DNA of 64,000 nt from Candidatus Woesearchaeota archaeon (GTDB lineage Archaea; Nanobdellota; Nanobdellia; UBA10117; JABICX01). The notes beneath the pieces are model-generated. The model saw nothing but the letters and a program-made list of their open reading frames with translations. It did not search any database and was not told the origin of the DNA. How positions within the stretch are numbered: position 1 is the stretch's first letter; each line of letters begins with the position of its first letter. Where the stretch lies: contig JABHLG010000007.1 of NCBI GenBank assembly GCA_018692915.1, forward strand, positions 2,418 through 66,417. Direction: 5' to 3'. This document shows, one piece after another, positions 29,282 through 39,913 of this stretch. The position numbers and the translations under genes were made by a program.

Positions 29282-29803
29282 ATGGTGAAACCTAGAGAAT
29301 TAAATAAACTAGTTAGAATTAGGAATATCTTAGAAGATACTTTAGATCATTTTCCAGAAGGTAATTGTGATGCTGCCTCTTTAATATTAGTCACTATTTT
29401 TAATTGGGAAGAATGGGAAGGTTATGTTAATTCAGAAAAAGGTGTTGAGTTTTCAATGCAAGAAGACAATGCTCATCAATGGGCCGTTAATCCGAAGACT
29501 AATGAAGATGTTGATATTTCCTTAGATCAGTTTGACGGTTTTGACTATCCAATATATGTTTTACCTAAAAATAATGATATTTTAATTGGAGCTAAAATTA
29601 CAGATACTCCAGATCATCGAAGTAAGTTGCTACGCGAACCAGATGTTTGGATGGCAGTTGATCGGTGCTATAAAAAAGCAGGTTTGAATTTTTTAGAAAA
29701 ACGTAGGATTATGAATCTTAGACGTAATTATTTCAGAGCAACTTCAGATGAATATATTGCAGATCGTAAGGAAGCTATTGAAGCTCTTGGAATAAAAAGT
29801 TAA
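29282..29803 (+). CDS. Hypothetical protein
   Basis: Intact ORF. Confidence 0.55.
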   Translation: MVKPRELNKLVRIRNILEDTLDHFPEGNCDAASLILVTIFNWEEWEGYVNSEKGVEFSMQEDNAHQWAVNPKTNEDVDISLDQFDGFDYPIYVLPKNNDILIGAKITDTPDHRSKLLREPDVWMAVDRCYKKAGLNFLEKRRIMNLRRNYFRATSDEYIADRKEAIEALGIKS

Positions 29804-30396
29804 TTTTTAAGTTTTTTATCTAATCGGTTAATTTCTTCTAAGTTAGCATGAACTTCTGGGCGATTTGGTGTAATATTACAACATCCACCTGGTTCAATTG
29901 AAATTTCATATGTTTCAATTTTGCGTGCAATATCTACTATTCCTTGCTTGTTGAACCCTATCAATGGGCGCAAAATAGGTATAGAAACAGCTTTGTCTTC
30001 AACATACATATTGTCTATTGTCTGAGATGCAACTTGTGCGAGATTTTCTCCAGTTAATAGTGCTTTAGCACCCGTTTTTTTAGCGAATTTTTCACCCTCA
30101 GTTAACATTCGTCTTCTGCATAAAAGACAGAGTTGTTTGCGTTCTTTTTCATCAAGTTTCTGGTAAAATTTTACAAGTTGTTTTCCATGTTCTATAAAAG
30201 TAAGTTTTAATTTCTTTTTGTGAATCTTTTCAAGTTGTTTTACAAGTTTTTTAATTTTAATTCTTGTGTAATCATTACCAACAGGAGTTAAATCACAATT
30301 TATAAATTCAACATCATATCCTTTTGCTAACATCATATGTGCAGCTACAGGCGAATCAATACCACCTGATATTAAACATAGGAGTTTAGTTTTCAT
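29800..30396 (-). CDS. ThiI-like PP-loop sulfurtransferase domain protein
   Basis: LLCLISGGIDSPVAAHMM, LCLLCRRRML, LLTGENLAQVASQT, PILRPLIGFNK. Confidence 0.85.
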   Translation of the reverse strand: MKTKLLCLISGGIDSPVAAHMMLAKGYDVEFINCDLTPVGNDYTRIKIKKLVKQLEKIHKKKLKLTFIEHGKQLVKFYQKLDEKERKQLCLLCRRRMLTEGEKFAKKTGAKALLTGENLAQVASQTIDNMYVEDKAVSIPILRPLIGFNKQGIVDIARKIETYEISIEPGGCCNITPNRPEVHANLEEINRLDKKLKN

Positions 30397-30475
30397 TGTA
30401 AATGTGTAAATAATGATTTAAAAAATGTACTAAAATAAAAAATAGAAAGAAAATACTAAAAATAATAAAGACTGC

Positions 30476-30787
30476 TTAGCGTCTTCGTGTTGTAGTTCGT
30501 CTTCTTGTAGCAGTTGTTCTTCGAGCAGTAGTTCGTCTTGCAGCTGTTGTTCTTCTACGTGCAGTTGTTGTAGTTCTTCTTTTAGCTGTTGTTGTTTTTC
30601 TTTTTACAGTTCGTTTTGCAGGAGCTCTTCTTGTTGTAGCTCTACGTGTTGTAGTTGTTCTTCTTTTTGTTGTAGTTGCTCTTCGTGCAGTTGTAGTTCT
30701 TCTTTTTGCAGGAGCTTTTCTTCGTGTTGCAGCTGCTCTTCTTGCTACGCGCCGTCTTTTAATTTTTCTTATTAAACCAAAAACCAT
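30476..30787 (-). CDS. Histone H1-like low-complexity basic protein (Arg/Lys/Thr/Ala repeats)
   Basis: RRTTTARRATTTKRRTTTTRRATTRRAPAKRT repeated. Confidence 0.6.
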   Translation of the reverse strand: MVFGLIRKIKRRRVARRAAATRRKAPAKRRTTTARRATTTKRRTTTTRRATTRRAPAKRTVKRKTTTAKRRTTTTARRRTTAARRTTARRTTATRRRTTTRRR

Positions 30788-30894
30788 AGTTATCCTCCAT
30801 TAATATTAATTATAATACTATATACTTCTTTATATAGTTTTTTTACTACCTCATAAAACAAATAAAAATATAAAATTAAAAATAAAAAAATTAC

Positions 30895-31965
30895 TTAACC
30901 ACAAATTGCTGCATTTGATTCATCAGAACCACTAAGTCCAAAACCTGATGAAGGCGATACACCTGAAAGTTGTTCGTTACATTCTTCTGGTGCATTGTTA
31001 AATGCTGAGCAAACTGTTGCTAAATAACTTGCTGAATCTCTTGCGCTTGAAACTGTTTGTCCGTTGATTACAAGTGTTGGTGAACCTCTGACACCATACT
31101 GTTTGTTTTCTGCGTCATGCACAAGGAACTGAGGGAATCTTCCACCACTCCAAGATGCTTGGTCATTTAACATTTCTGTTATTTTAAATTCTGTGTCAAG
31201 TTTTGTAACACACGCATCAACTTTACTTGTATCAATTTTTGCTTCACTTAAACATGTTGTGTAATCATCACTATCTAAAAAGCACCATAGGTAATCAAAG
31301 TATTTATCTGATTGTTCATTCATAATACAAACTTGTCTTGCTTGTTCATTAACTTCTTTTTCACCATGCATTGCATAGTTTACAAATTTAATATCGAAGT
31401 CAATTTTATCTCCAAGCAATTCTGCAACAGGAATCATTCCTTTTTCAGCTTGTGTTCCAAATGGACAATGTGACATTACAAATAATTCAACTTTTGGTTT
31501 ATCTGATTTTGTAATATCTTGTGCAGGTGGTTGTTGTGCTTGTTGCTGAGTAGGGTCTGTAGTTGCAGTTTCAGCATCCATAGGTATTGCAGTTGGGAAT
31601 AATAAACTACTATCTTTTGTTGCATATGAAATCATTCTTTGTGATTGACCTTCAGATTTTACATTAAGAGCTATTTCATATAATCCTGCTCTTTCAGTAA
31701 CCTCTAAAATTTCAACGTCAATTCCTGCATAATTTTCTTCAAGAAAAGTTTCTACATTTTGTGTAATATCTTCTTGAGAAACTCCACCAATACTGCCTGT
31801 TGTGTTTGTTACATTTAATACAACACTAATTACTAATAGCGCTCCGAGCATAAGAGATATTCTTTTCCAAGAAACCTTAATTTTTTTGCTTTCGTGTTTT
31901 TTAACTTTATGTTCCTTAGAAATTTCATCAACTATTTTCTGAGCTTCTCCTTTTTTGTTAGCCAT
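30895..31965 (-). CDS. Membrane-anchored DsbA-like thiol oxidoreductase (CPFG)
   Basis: N-terminal TM; ELFVMSHCPFGTQAEKGMIPVAELL; GSPTLVING. Confidence 0.8.
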   Translation of the reverse strand: MANKKGEAQKIVDEISKEHKVKKHESKKIKVSWKRISLMLGALLVISVVLNVTNTTGSIGGVSQEDITQNVETFLEENYAGIDVEILEVTERAGLYEIALNVKSEGQSQRMISYATKDSSLLFPTAIPMDAETATTDPTQQQAQQPPAQDITKSDKPKVELFVMSHCPFGTQAEKGMIPVAELLGDKIDFDIKFVNYAMHGEKEVNEQARQVCIMNEQSDKYFDYLWCFLDSDDYTTCLSEAKIDTSKVDACVTKLDTEFKITEMLNDQASWSGGRFPQFLVHDAENKQYGVRGSPTLVINGQTVSSARDSASYLATVCSAFNNAPEECNEQLSGVSPSSGFGLSGSDESNAAICG

Positions 31966-32018
31966 TTTAGTTTAAAATCAATTTAACTTGTTCTTTAAAA
32001 GAATTTCTGAACTATATT

Positions 32019-32474
32019 CTATTCGGCACATGTAGGTCCTTCGCAAGCACATTCTCCACTATCACAATTATTATGATCGGACTCACAACCAACAATACCA
32101 CAATCACCACATGTATCATCTGCTATTTGTTCGGGTGTAAAAACACATGTGTTTGGGTCTTCAGGGTCACAAGTTCCATGAACGCCTAAATTATATATTG
32201 CAATTCCTGAATATATTGTGCTAATGAAAAATATAATTACCATTAATGTGCTTAGTAACTTGAAATTTTTGTTTACAAATCCTGCAGCTTTAGGTGATTT
32301 ATTGATTAATTTACCAACAATTTTACCTTTCATGCGCTGATCAAATGTAGAATTGCAAGGTCTGAGTGTCATCATGCGGAAAACACAATCAAATGCTTCT
32401 TTTGCTAGCTTTCTATGGCTTGCTGAAAATATTCCCATAATTCCAAACACAACCATAGCAAGTATGCATATCAT
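32019..32474 (-). CDS. Membrane protein with a Cys-rich C-terminus
   Basis: Two hydrophobic segments, then CGDCGIVGCESDHNNCDSGECACEG. Confidence 0.55.
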   Translation of the reverse strand: MICILAMVVFGIMGIFSASHRKLAKEAFDCVFRMMTLRPCNSTFDQRMKGKIVGKLINKSPKAAGFVNKNFKLLSTLMVIIFFISTIYSGIAIYNLGVHGTCDPEDPNTCVFTPEQIADDTCGDCGIVGCESDHNNCDSGECACEGPTCAE

Positions 32475-32557
32475 AGAAATTCTTTATTTAAGTTAATTTA
32501 AAAGTTGCGGTTTTTTTACCACAACTTTAATTAATATCCTCCTTTGTTTTTTCCATT

Positions 32558-33184
32558 TTAATTTTCAAGTTTAGAGTCGATAACCTGTTTGAATTTCTCA
32601 AACGGTTGTGCACCTGTAATTAATTCTCCATTTATGAAGAATGCAGGTGTTCCACTTACTCCGGCAGCAGATCCATCTTTCATATCATTCTTAACTTCGT
32701 CAGCCATTGCTCCAGAATCTAAACATTCATCAAAAGTTGCACTATTTAGTCCAATGTCTTTTGCATATTGTTTAAATGAATTTACTCCACCACTTACTCC
32801 ATTTTCAAATAAAGTGTCATGCATTTCCCAGAACTTTCCTTGTTCTCCTGCACACTCTGCAGCTTCTCCAGCTTTCTGAGCCTGCCTATGATTACTTAAT
32901 GGGAAATCTCTATATACCATTTTCACTTTTCCAGTTTCAATGTATTCACTATTAATTTGTCCAAGAGTTTCTTTATAGAATCTTACACAATAAGGACATT
33001 CAAAATCACTAAATTCTACAATAGTTACAGGAGCATTTGCATCTCCTTTTACAGTGTCATCATCGATTAATGTGTCTTCAGTTACTCCTGTTCCTGAATC
33101 TCCTAGACATCCAGATACAGTTATTACTGCAATTAATATTATAACCATACTAATTATATTTTTATTTTTCATTTTATTTTTCAA
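32558..33184 (-). CDS. DsbA-family thiol-disulfide oxidoreductase, lipoprotein-like
   Basis: FSDFECPYCVRFYKE, GVSGTPAFFING. Confidence 0.92.
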   Translation of the reverse strand: MKNKMKNKNIISMVIILIAVITVSGCLGDSGTGVTEDTLIDDDTVKGDANAPVTIVEFSDFECPYCVRFYKETLGQINSEYIETGKVKMVYRDFPLSNHRQAQKAGEAAECAGEQGKFWEMHDTLFENGVSGGVNSFKQYAKDIGLNSATFDECLDSGAMADEVKNDMKDGSAAGVSGTPAFFINGELITGAQPFEKFKQVIDSKLEN

Positions 33185-33187
33185 TCT

Positions 33188-33637
33188 TTAATTAAATTGA
33201 TATTTACCTCCTTTAATGTTACTAATTTTAATTAAGAGATTATCACCTTCGATTTTATGGGGTAAGTAACTTGGCCAACACCCACTACCTTTATTTTGAG
33301 TTCCTAAACCATCTATTAGAAATGATCGTCCACAGTTTCTGCAAGTAATGTCCTGTCCTTCTTGTTTATATCCTTTATCCCCACCACAAACATCGCATGC
33401 ATCAAAAGCAGTTCTTGGCTCACCATCTGAACCTATGACTGCAAAATATTTTATTTCAACACCACTATCATCAAATGAATAAAATTTAACATCTTCAGAT
33501 AGTTCAGATAGAGGAATTTTTATATATTCACTATTATCTGCAGCAGCACCTCCAGTTATACTAGAGTCTCCAGTTATACATCCCGATACCAGGATAGTAA
33601 GTATCATTAAACTTCCAATAATTATATATTCTTTCAT
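33188..33637 (-). CDS. DUF2318-like lipoprotein
   Basis: [50 protein letters not shown]. Confidence 0.82.
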   Translation of the reverse strand: MKEYIIIGSLMILTILVSGCITGDSSITGGAAADNSEYIKIPLSELSEDVKFYSFDDSGVEIKYFAVIGSDGEPRTAFDACDVCGGDKGYKQEGQDITCRNCGRSFLIDGLGTQNKGSGCWPSYLPHKIEGDNLLIKISNIKGGKYQFN

Positions 33638-35817
33638 ATTTTTTTCACCTTTAATAATAATGAATTTGATACAACAGATACTGAACTTAATGCCATTGCT
33701 CCTCCTGCGATCATAGGGTTAAGCATGCCCATTGCTGCAATAGGAATTCCTAATGTGTTGTAAAATAAAGCCCAGAACATATTTTGTTTCACTTTGCTCA
33801 TAGTCATCTTGCTTAATTTTATTGCTCTAGCTACATCAAGTAAATCATTTTTCATTAATACAATATTTCCTGTTTCCATTGCAACATCTGTTCCAGAACC
33901 CATTGCAATTCCGATATCTGCTTGAGCTAATGCTGGAGCATCATTAATACCATCTCCAACCATACCAACTTTGCCTTTCTTTTGTAATTTCTTTACATAT
34001 TCTGCTTTGTCTTTAGGTAAAACTTCTGCAAAAACATGTTTAATCCCTGCTTGTTTAGCAATTGCTTTAGCAGCGCGAGTGTTATCGCCGGTTATCATAT
34101 AAACAGATACGCCCATTTTCTCAAGCGCTCTAACTGCTTTTGTTGATGTTGGTTTAATTGTATCTGCAACCGCAATAAGTCCCTTAACTTTTCCATTATT
34201 AGCAAGAATCATGACAGTTTTTCCTTGTTCTTCAATTTCTCGTAATTGTTTTTTAATTTTAGTAATGCTAATTTTGTGTTTAATCATAAGCTTTTCATTT
34301 CCAAAATAATATTTTTCTTTGCCAACTGTCGCAGTGATTCCATGACCAGGTATTGCTTTGAAGTTTGTAGCTTTGCTAATTTTTATTTTTGTGTTTTTAG
34401 CTTCCTTAACAATTGCTTCAGCTAAAGAATGTTCAGATAATTGTTCAATTGATGCTGCTATCTGCAATAATTTTTCTTTAGAACCTATTGTTGGAATAAT
34501 TTCTGTAACTTCTGGAACACCTTTAGTTATTGTTCCAGTTTTATCAAAAATAATATATTTTAGTTTGTGAGCAGTTTCTAATGCATCACCACCTTTAATT
34601 AAAATACCTTTTTTTGCACCCTTACCAGTTCCAACCATTATTGCTGTAGGTGTTGCTAGCCCTAATGCACACGGACAAGCTATAACTAAGACCGCTACAG
34701 CTGCAATTAATGCAAAAGCAAATTCTTTAGCAAATATAAAATACCAAGTTACAAAAGTTGATATTGCAATAAGTATAACTGCTGGAACAAAGTATGCAGA
34801 AACAGCATCTGCAAATCTCTGAATTGGAGCTTTTTTACCTTGTGCATCTTCTATTAATTTTATAATATGAGATAATGTTGTGTCAGCTCCGATTTTCTCT
34901 GCTTTGAATTTAAATGAACCTGTTTTGTTTATTGTTGCGCCAATTACTTTGTTACCTTTTTTCTTTTCAACAGGAAGACTTTCTCCAGTTATCATACTCT
35001 CATCAACTGCTGAAGAACCTTCTACGATAATTCCATCAACTGGAATTTTTTCTCCAGGTTTTACAATTATAATATCTCCTACTTTAACATCATCAATTGC
35101 AATTTTCATTTCTTTTTTGTTTCGTATTACTGTTGCAATCTTTGGAGAAAGGTGCATTAATTCTTTAATTGCTTCAGATGTTTTTCCTTTTGCAATTGCT
35201 TCAAGTAATTTACCCATTAAGACCAATGTAATTAATACAGCAGATGCTTCAAAATATTGACCTGCGCCAGGTAAGAATAGCACAGCATACACACTATAGA
35301 AGTAAGCTGCACTTGTTCCAGTTGCGATTAATGTATCCATGTTAGCACTTTTATTTTTGAGAGCATTCCATGTTCCTTTGTAGAATTGTGCTCCAACAAT
35401 GAACTGAACAGGTGTTGCTAAAGCCCATAAAATATAATCTTGATGTGGTATCATTATATTTATCCACATAAATACCATGCCAATAATAAATGCAGGAATT
35501 GCAAAAACAAGACTAAAACCAAATAATCTTTTTAATTTTTTAAGTTCTACTTTTCTTTTTCTAGCTTCTTTATCTGCGCTAGGTTTTTTACCTTTAATTA
35601 GAGAAGCAGGATAACCTTTCTTAGTAATTGTATTAACTATTTTTGTTTCATCTAATATTGTTTCATCAAAACTTACTGTAGCTTTTTCAGTTGTTAGATT
35701 AACAACTGCGTTTTGAATTCCATCAAGTTTCTTAAGTGAGCGTTCAACTAATGTAACACAGCTTTGACAAGTCATTCCTCTAACATCTATTTTAATTTCT
35801 TTCATATATTTATACAC
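33634..35817 (-). CDS. copA: Copper-translocating P-type ATPase
   Basis: [30 protein letters not shown]. Confidence 0.96.
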   Translation of the reverse strand: MYKYMKEIKIDVRGMTCQSCVTLVERSLKKLDGIQNAVVNLTTEKATVSFDETILDETKIVNTITKKGYPASLIKGKKPSADKEARKRKVELKKLKRLFGFSLVFAIPAFIIGMVFMWINIMIPHQDYILWALATPVQFIVGAQFYKGTWNALKNKSANMDTLIATGTSAAYFYSVYAVLFLPGAGQYFEASAVLITLVLMGKLLEAIAKGKTSEAIKELMHLSPKIATVIRNKKEMKIAIDDVKVGDIIIVKPGEKIPVDGIIVEGSSAVDESMITGESLPVEKKKGNKVIGATINKTGSFKFKAEKIGADTTLSHIIKLIEDAQGKKAPIQRFADAVSAYFVPAVILIAISTFVTWYFIFAKEFAFALIAAVAVLVIACPCALGLATPTAIMVGTGKGAKKGILIKGGDALETAHKLKYIIFDKTGTITKGVPEVTEIIPTIGSKEKLLQIAASIEQLSEHSLAEAIVKEAKNTKIKISKATNFKAIPGHGITATVGKEKYYFGNEKLMIKHKISITKIKKQLREIEEQGKTVMILANNGKVKGLIAVADTIKPTSTKAVRALEKMGVSVYMITGDNTRAAKAIAKQAGIKHVFAEVLPKDKAEYVKKLQKKGKVGMVGDGINDAPALAQADIGIAMGSGTDVAMETGNIVLMKNDLLDVARAIKLSKMTMSKVKQNMFWALFYNTLGIPIAAMGMLNPMIAGGAMALSSVSVVSNSLLLKVKKI

Positions 35818-35954
35818 CTTTCACAACAATATAGATTAATAATACCTTTACGTTTTATTTTTACAGGACTTAATCCTATATCCATTCCACAGCTAGTGCA
35901 GAACAAATCACTACCAAATGTTGAATCTTTATTACATATATTACAATTTATCAT
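35802..35954 (-). CDS. Small zinc-binding protein with three Cys pairs
   Basis: [27 protein letters not shown]...CCERC; start inferred from the end of the upstream ORF. Confidence 0.55.
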   Translation of the reverse strand: MINCNICNKDSTFGSDLFCTSCGMDIGLSPVKIKRKGIINLYCCERCINI

Positions 35955-37474
35955 CTTCCGCCTCCGCAGCCACATCCGCCTCCAGAGCCTCCTCCGCAAG
36001 TTGGAGAACCGCAACTTCCGCCACAAGAACCTGCTTTAGGTGTTGGTGCTGCTTCAAGTTCTTTCTGAATGTCACCTGTATTGCTTAAATCAATATCATC
36101 TTTTACAATAAATACTCCCGGTATCATACCCATCCAACAGCTCCAAGATATAACTCCTTCTTTATCTGGAGTGAATTCAATAGTTTGTTCACCTTGTTTT
36201 ATATCAAACTCTAAACCAAACTTCGGAACTTGTATAGCATTATTACAACCATTAATTTCTTTAGCGTCAATAATCCATTTTACAGGAACATCTTTCTTTA
36301 GCACAAATTTGTCAGGTTCCCATCCATATCTATTTACTTCCATTCTAATAACTTGATAATCTCCTTCCATTGCAACAGCATTTCCAGTTATATCTGAGCC
36401 TCCTGCTGAAACCATTAATGATGTAGCATCGAATCCACTTCCTGTTAAAGCTAAACCTCTATTCATCATTACAGCTCCTAAAACAATAACAAGTAATCCT
36501 GAAGCCTTGAGAATTTTGTGTGTTGCTTTGCTAGATAAGAAACTTGTAAAGAACCCAAAACTAAGCATCACAGGTAGGGTTCCCAGTCCAAATACAAATA
36601 GTAATTTAGCACCTTCTAGAGGACTTCCTGTTCCTGCAGCCATAATATATATTGCTTGTAATGGACCACATGCAAGCATAAGACCATTTAATAATCCTAT
36701 AACTAATGGACTATTATGTTTTCGTGATTCTGTACCAACAAATTTAGATATAAATAAGGGGGTTCTTATTCTAATCTTTCGTAATCCAGGTATAATATTA
36801 AGCATATTTAGACCAAATATAATTAAAAATCCACCTGCAATTATTCCTGCAGCCCCACGCATAAATGGTGTAAATATTATTATTGAACCAAGCAGACCAA
36901 AAGCTGCTCCAATTATAGTATAAGATAGGGTTTTTCCAAGACCATACATTAGGTGAGAGCCATATGCTTTGGTACCTTCTTGAGCGTGCTTTGTAGTGTA
37001 GCTAACAACAAATCCTCCGCACATGCTAACGCAATGAAATCCGGTGAGCAACCCTACCAAGAATAGTAATCCATAACTCATATTTGCGCTTATTTCTGGC
37101 AGAGCTATGCTACCAGATAATGTATAAATATAATATCCTATAAGAACTGCTCCAATTATACCAAAAGCAAGTCCAAAAAATTTAGCAAATTTTGCATCAA
37201 TTACTAAGTGTTCTGAATCTTTTTTAGATTCTTTTGAACTCTTAATATTATTATGTGTTTCAACTAAGTCACAATCATATCCTTTTTCTTCAACAGCTTT
37301 CTTTATCTTATTAAGTGTAATTTTATCTGAATCAAAAGTAACTCTTACAGTTTCAGTCTCATAATTAGATATAGCTTCTTTAACACCATCTATACTTTTC
37401 ACAGCTCGATCAATTAGAGTTTCACAACTCTGACAATGCATTCCTTTTGCTTTGAAGTTCTTTGTAATTATCAT
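35951..37474 (-). CDS. HMA - SafE/TauE-like membrane - cupredoxin fusion with a Gly/Cys-rich tail
   Basis: KGMHCQSCETLI; FHCVSMCGGFVVSY; EVNRYGWEPDKFVLKKDVPVKWII...; CGGSCGSPTCGGGSGGGCGCGGG. Confidence 0.88.
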   Translation of the reverse strand: MIITKNFKAKGMHCQSCETLIDRAVKSIDGVKEAISNYETETVRVTFDSDKITLNKIKKAVEEKGYDCDLVETHNNIKSSKESKKDSEHLVIDAKFAKFFGLAFGIIGAVLIGYYIYTLSGSIALPEISANMSYGLLFLVGLLTGFHCVSMCGGFVVSYTTKHAQEGTKAYGSHLMYGLGKTLSYTIIGAAFGLLGSIIIFTPFMRGAAGIIAGGFLIIFGLNMLNIIPGLRKIRIRTPLFISKFVGTESRKHNSPLVIGLLNGLMLACGPLQAIYIMAAGTGSPLEGAKLLFVFGLGTLPVMLSFGFFTSFLSSKATHKILKASGLLVIVLGAVMMNRGLALTGSGFDATSLMVSAGGSDITGNAVAMEGDYQVIRMEVNRYGWEPDKFVLKKDVPVKWIIDAKEINGCNNAIQVPKFGLEFDIKQGEQTIEFTPDKEGVISWSCWMGMIPGVFIVKDDIDLSNTGDIQKELEAAPTPKAGSCGGSCGSPTCGGGSGGGCGCGGGR

Positions 37475-37486
37475 TCTTTTGCCTCC

Positions 37487-37533
37487 TTAGCGAACGGAGT
37501 CGCGTATGATATAACCTTCATACACTCCTGTCC
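37487..37533 (-). repeat. Palindromic element family 1, copy C, in the leader of the SafE fusion gene
   Basis: GGACAGGAGTGTATGAAGGTTATATCATACGCGACTCCGTTCGCTAA. Confidence 0.7.
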
Positions 37534-37552
37534 TTCTCCGCAAAAGGTTATA

Positions 37553-37762
37553 TTATTCATCAGGTGTATAACCTTCCTCTTTAATTACTTCAATAATTTT
37601 TTCTTTAGATGTTTTCTTATTATCAAAGTCAATATATATTGCACCAGTTTCATGAGATGCTTCTGCTTTATCTACACCATTTAATTCTTCTAAAGCATCT
37701 TTTACTAACATCTCACAACTGTGACATTTCATACCTTTTGTTATGATTTTAACACTTTTCAT
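37553..37762 (-). CDS. Stand-alone HMA (CopZ-like) metal-binding protein
   Basis: KGMKCHSCEMLVKDAL. Confidence 0.88.
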   Translation of the reverse strand: MKSVKIITKGMKCHSCEMLVKDALEELNGVDKAEASHETGAIYIDFDNKKTSKEKIIEVIKEEGYTPDE

Positions 37763-37811
37763 AAATATTATTACATTGAAACAACTATTAACAACTTTGA
37801 TGAAACTAGTT

Positions 37812-38270
37812 TCATACGCTATTTTTAAGAATTACTGCGTTGGTCATTCCTCTTCTGCGTCTCTCGATTAATCCACGACCTTCTAGTTTATCAAGAAGTC
37901 TTGTAACTTTGACTTTTGAAATTTCTAGTTTTTCAACTAATTCGCTCTGGAAAATCATACCATCTTGTTTGACTAATTCATCAATAACTTTCCGTTCTTC
38001 TTCATTAAGATTTTCAGGAATAACTATTTTCTTTTTCTTTGGTTTGTCTTTTACAACTATAATATAACTAAGGACAAATAAAACTAATGCTGAACCAACA
38101 CCAAGATAAACTTGCCAAGGCATTTTACCTGCAGCTTCACAAACATCTCCAGTTTCACATCCACAGGTGTCTTGCCCTGCATCTTTTAGAAGAGGTATAA
38201 GTGATACAATTAGGATTAATAATATAACTGCGAATCCCGCTACAGCCAGACCAAGATGTTTATTATTCAT
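37812..38270 (-). CDS. Membrane-anchored winged-HTH regulator
   Basis: Two TM segments, then DEQGMIFQSELVEKLEISKVKVTRLLDKLEGRGLIERRRRG-like wHTH. Confidence 0.75.
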   Translation of the reverse strand: MNNKHLGLAVAGFAVILLILIVSLIPLLKDAGQDTCGCETGDVCEAAGKMPWQVYLGVGSALVLFVLSYIIVVKDKPKKKKIVIPENLNEEERKVIDELVKQDGMIFQSELVEKLEISKVKVTRLLDKLEGRGLIERRRRGMTNAVILKNSV

Positions 38271-38358
38271 AGCTTACACCAGCTAGATAAAACTTATAAG
38301 CCTTATGGAACTAGTTTCACAATAGAAATATTATTAACCTTTTATGTTTAATTAAAAT

Positions 38359-38664
38359 ATGGATTTAGATTATAGATTAAAATATAATGGGAATTTCTGT
38401 AGTTTTAATAATTGTAAATCTGAAGTAGTTCTTTTATTAGGTATTCAGACATCTCGAGGTAAGAGTTATTATTGTGTTCCGCATGCTAAGCAAACTATTA
38501 TGCAAGATAGGCAGATAATAAAAAGAAAAATAAATTTATTAAATAATTCTAATCCTTCGGCTCATGTAGCATGTATTGCTGTAAATGTTTATTTTTCACT
38601 TAGAAATTTACTTAAAGAAAATAATAGAATGTTGAACTTAATAAATGCTAATTTTGAAGTTTAA
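38359..38664 (+). CDS. Small hypothetical protein with Cys/His motif
   Basis: FCSFNNCKSEV...YYCVPHAKQ. Confidence 0.5.
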   Translation: MDLDYRLKYNGNFCSFNNCKSEVVLLLGIQTSRGKSYYCVPHAKQTIMQDRQIIKRKINLLNNSNPSAHVACIAVNVYFSLRNLLKENNRMLNLINANFEV

Positions 38665-38702
38665 TATAGAAATATTATTAACCTTTTACATTATTATATT
38701 AT

Positions 38703-39017
38703 ATGGCAGATTTTCAGAAGAAAGTTGATAATTTTATGAAAGATAACAAAATGAACAATCCTATTGAATATAGGTTTTTAGATTTAATTAGTGAATTAGG
38801 TGAAGTTGCAAAAGAGATGATAAAGATGACTGATTACGGAACTAAGAAATCAAAGTTTCGCAAAGAGATTGTATCTGAATTAGGAGATGCGTTTTATTCA
38901 CTTATTGCTGTAGCAAATTATTATGATGTAGATTTAGAAGAAGCTCTTAATCTAATATTGCAGAAATATTCTAAACGAATTAAGAAGGGCGGACACTCTG
39001 GTTCAGATAACGAGTAA
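38703..39017 (+). CDS. MazG-like nucleotide pyrophosphohydrolase
   Basis: DLISELGEVAKEMIK...EIVSELGDAFYSLIAVANYY. Confidence 0.85.
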   Translation: MADFQKKVDNFMKDNKMNNPIEYRFLDLISELGEVAKEMIKMTDYGTKKSKFRKEIVSELGDAFYSLIAVANYYDVDLEEALNLILQKYSKRIKKGGHSGSDNE

Positions 39018-39688
39018 TGGTAAATTCTTATGTATATGGAATGGTTAGTGTTGAATGGCTAGGACATTCTAGCTTTCGAATCTCAACACAAGGAAAGATA
39101 ATTTATATTGACCCTTATATTATTGATGATAATGCATTTAGAGCAGATATTATTTTTGTAACTCATGAACATCATGACCACTGTGCTGTTGATAATATTA
39201 AAAAACTGCTTAAGGAAACAACAATTGTTGTTGCTCCACAGAGTTGTCTTACAAAACTTGCTTTTGTTCCGCGACAGAATTTGAAACTGCTTGGACCAGA
39301 AGATGTAACTGTTTTTGGAGATGTTCAGATAAAAACTATTCCAGCATATAATGTAAATAAATTTAGGTCTTTGAGTATTCCATATCACCCAAAGAACTAT
39401 GGCTTTGGTGTTGTTTTTACTCTTGCAGGTGTGAAGGTTTATCATGCAGGTGATACTGATGTTGTTCCAGAGATGCATGATTTAGCTAATTATAATATTG
39501 ATATTGCTCTTCTACCTGTTGGTGGAACTTATACGATGGATGCAAAAGAAGCTGCACAAGCTGTTCAGATAATTAAACCAAAAGTTGCTATTCCAATGCA
39601 CTGGGGCGCTAATATTGTTGGAACTCAAGAAGATGCTAATAAATTTAAAGAATTAGTTGGCTCTACTTGCGAAGTTGTTATTCTTTAA
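39017..39688 (+). CDS. UPF0173-like metallo-beta-lactamase fold hydrolase
   Basis: HEHHDHCAVDN, HAGDTDVVPEM, IPMHWG. Confidence 0.9.
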   Translation: MVNSYVYGMVSVEWLGHSSFRISTQGKIIYIDPYIIDDNAFRADIIFVTHEHHDHCAVDNIKKLLKETTIVVAPQSCLTKLAFVPRQNLKLLGPEDVTVFGDVQIKTIPAYNVNKFRSLSIPYHPKNYGFGVVFTLAGVKVYHAGDTDVVPEMHDLANYNIDIALLPVGGTYTMDAKEAAQAVQIIKPKVAIPMHWGANIVGTQEDANKFKELVGSTCEVVIL

Positions 39689-39736
39689 TAGTCAATTATT
39701 TTTATATAGGTAGCTTGATTTTCATAAGTGATTAGT

Positions 39737-39826
39737 ATGGATATGAGTTTAAATATAAAAAATCCTGTAATTTGGGTAATTATTATTGCCTTAATCGCAG
39801 CTGGATATTACTTCTTTATGATGTAA
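39737..39826 (+). CDS. Possible 29-aa single-TM micropeptide
   Basis: MDMSLNIKNPVIWVIIIALIAAGYYFFMM. Confidence 0.35.
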   Translation: MDMSLNIKNPVIWVIIIALIAAGYYFFMM

Positions 39827-39913
39827 ATTTTAGTAAAATTTATGTGGGAGGTAATGAACTAATTAATTTGTTTTTTATTTGTTTTTGAATTTTTATTATA
39901 TAATTATTAGATA

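Noticed and set aside
30476-30787. CRISPR-like or tandem repeat array
   Set aside because: The repetition is continuous, coding and without spacers; it encodes the H1-like protein
34880-35260. Plus-strand ORF of 126 aa
   Set aside because: Antisense to copA, no independent support
36507-36923. Plus-strand ORF of 138 aa
   Set aside because: Antisense to the SafE fusion gene
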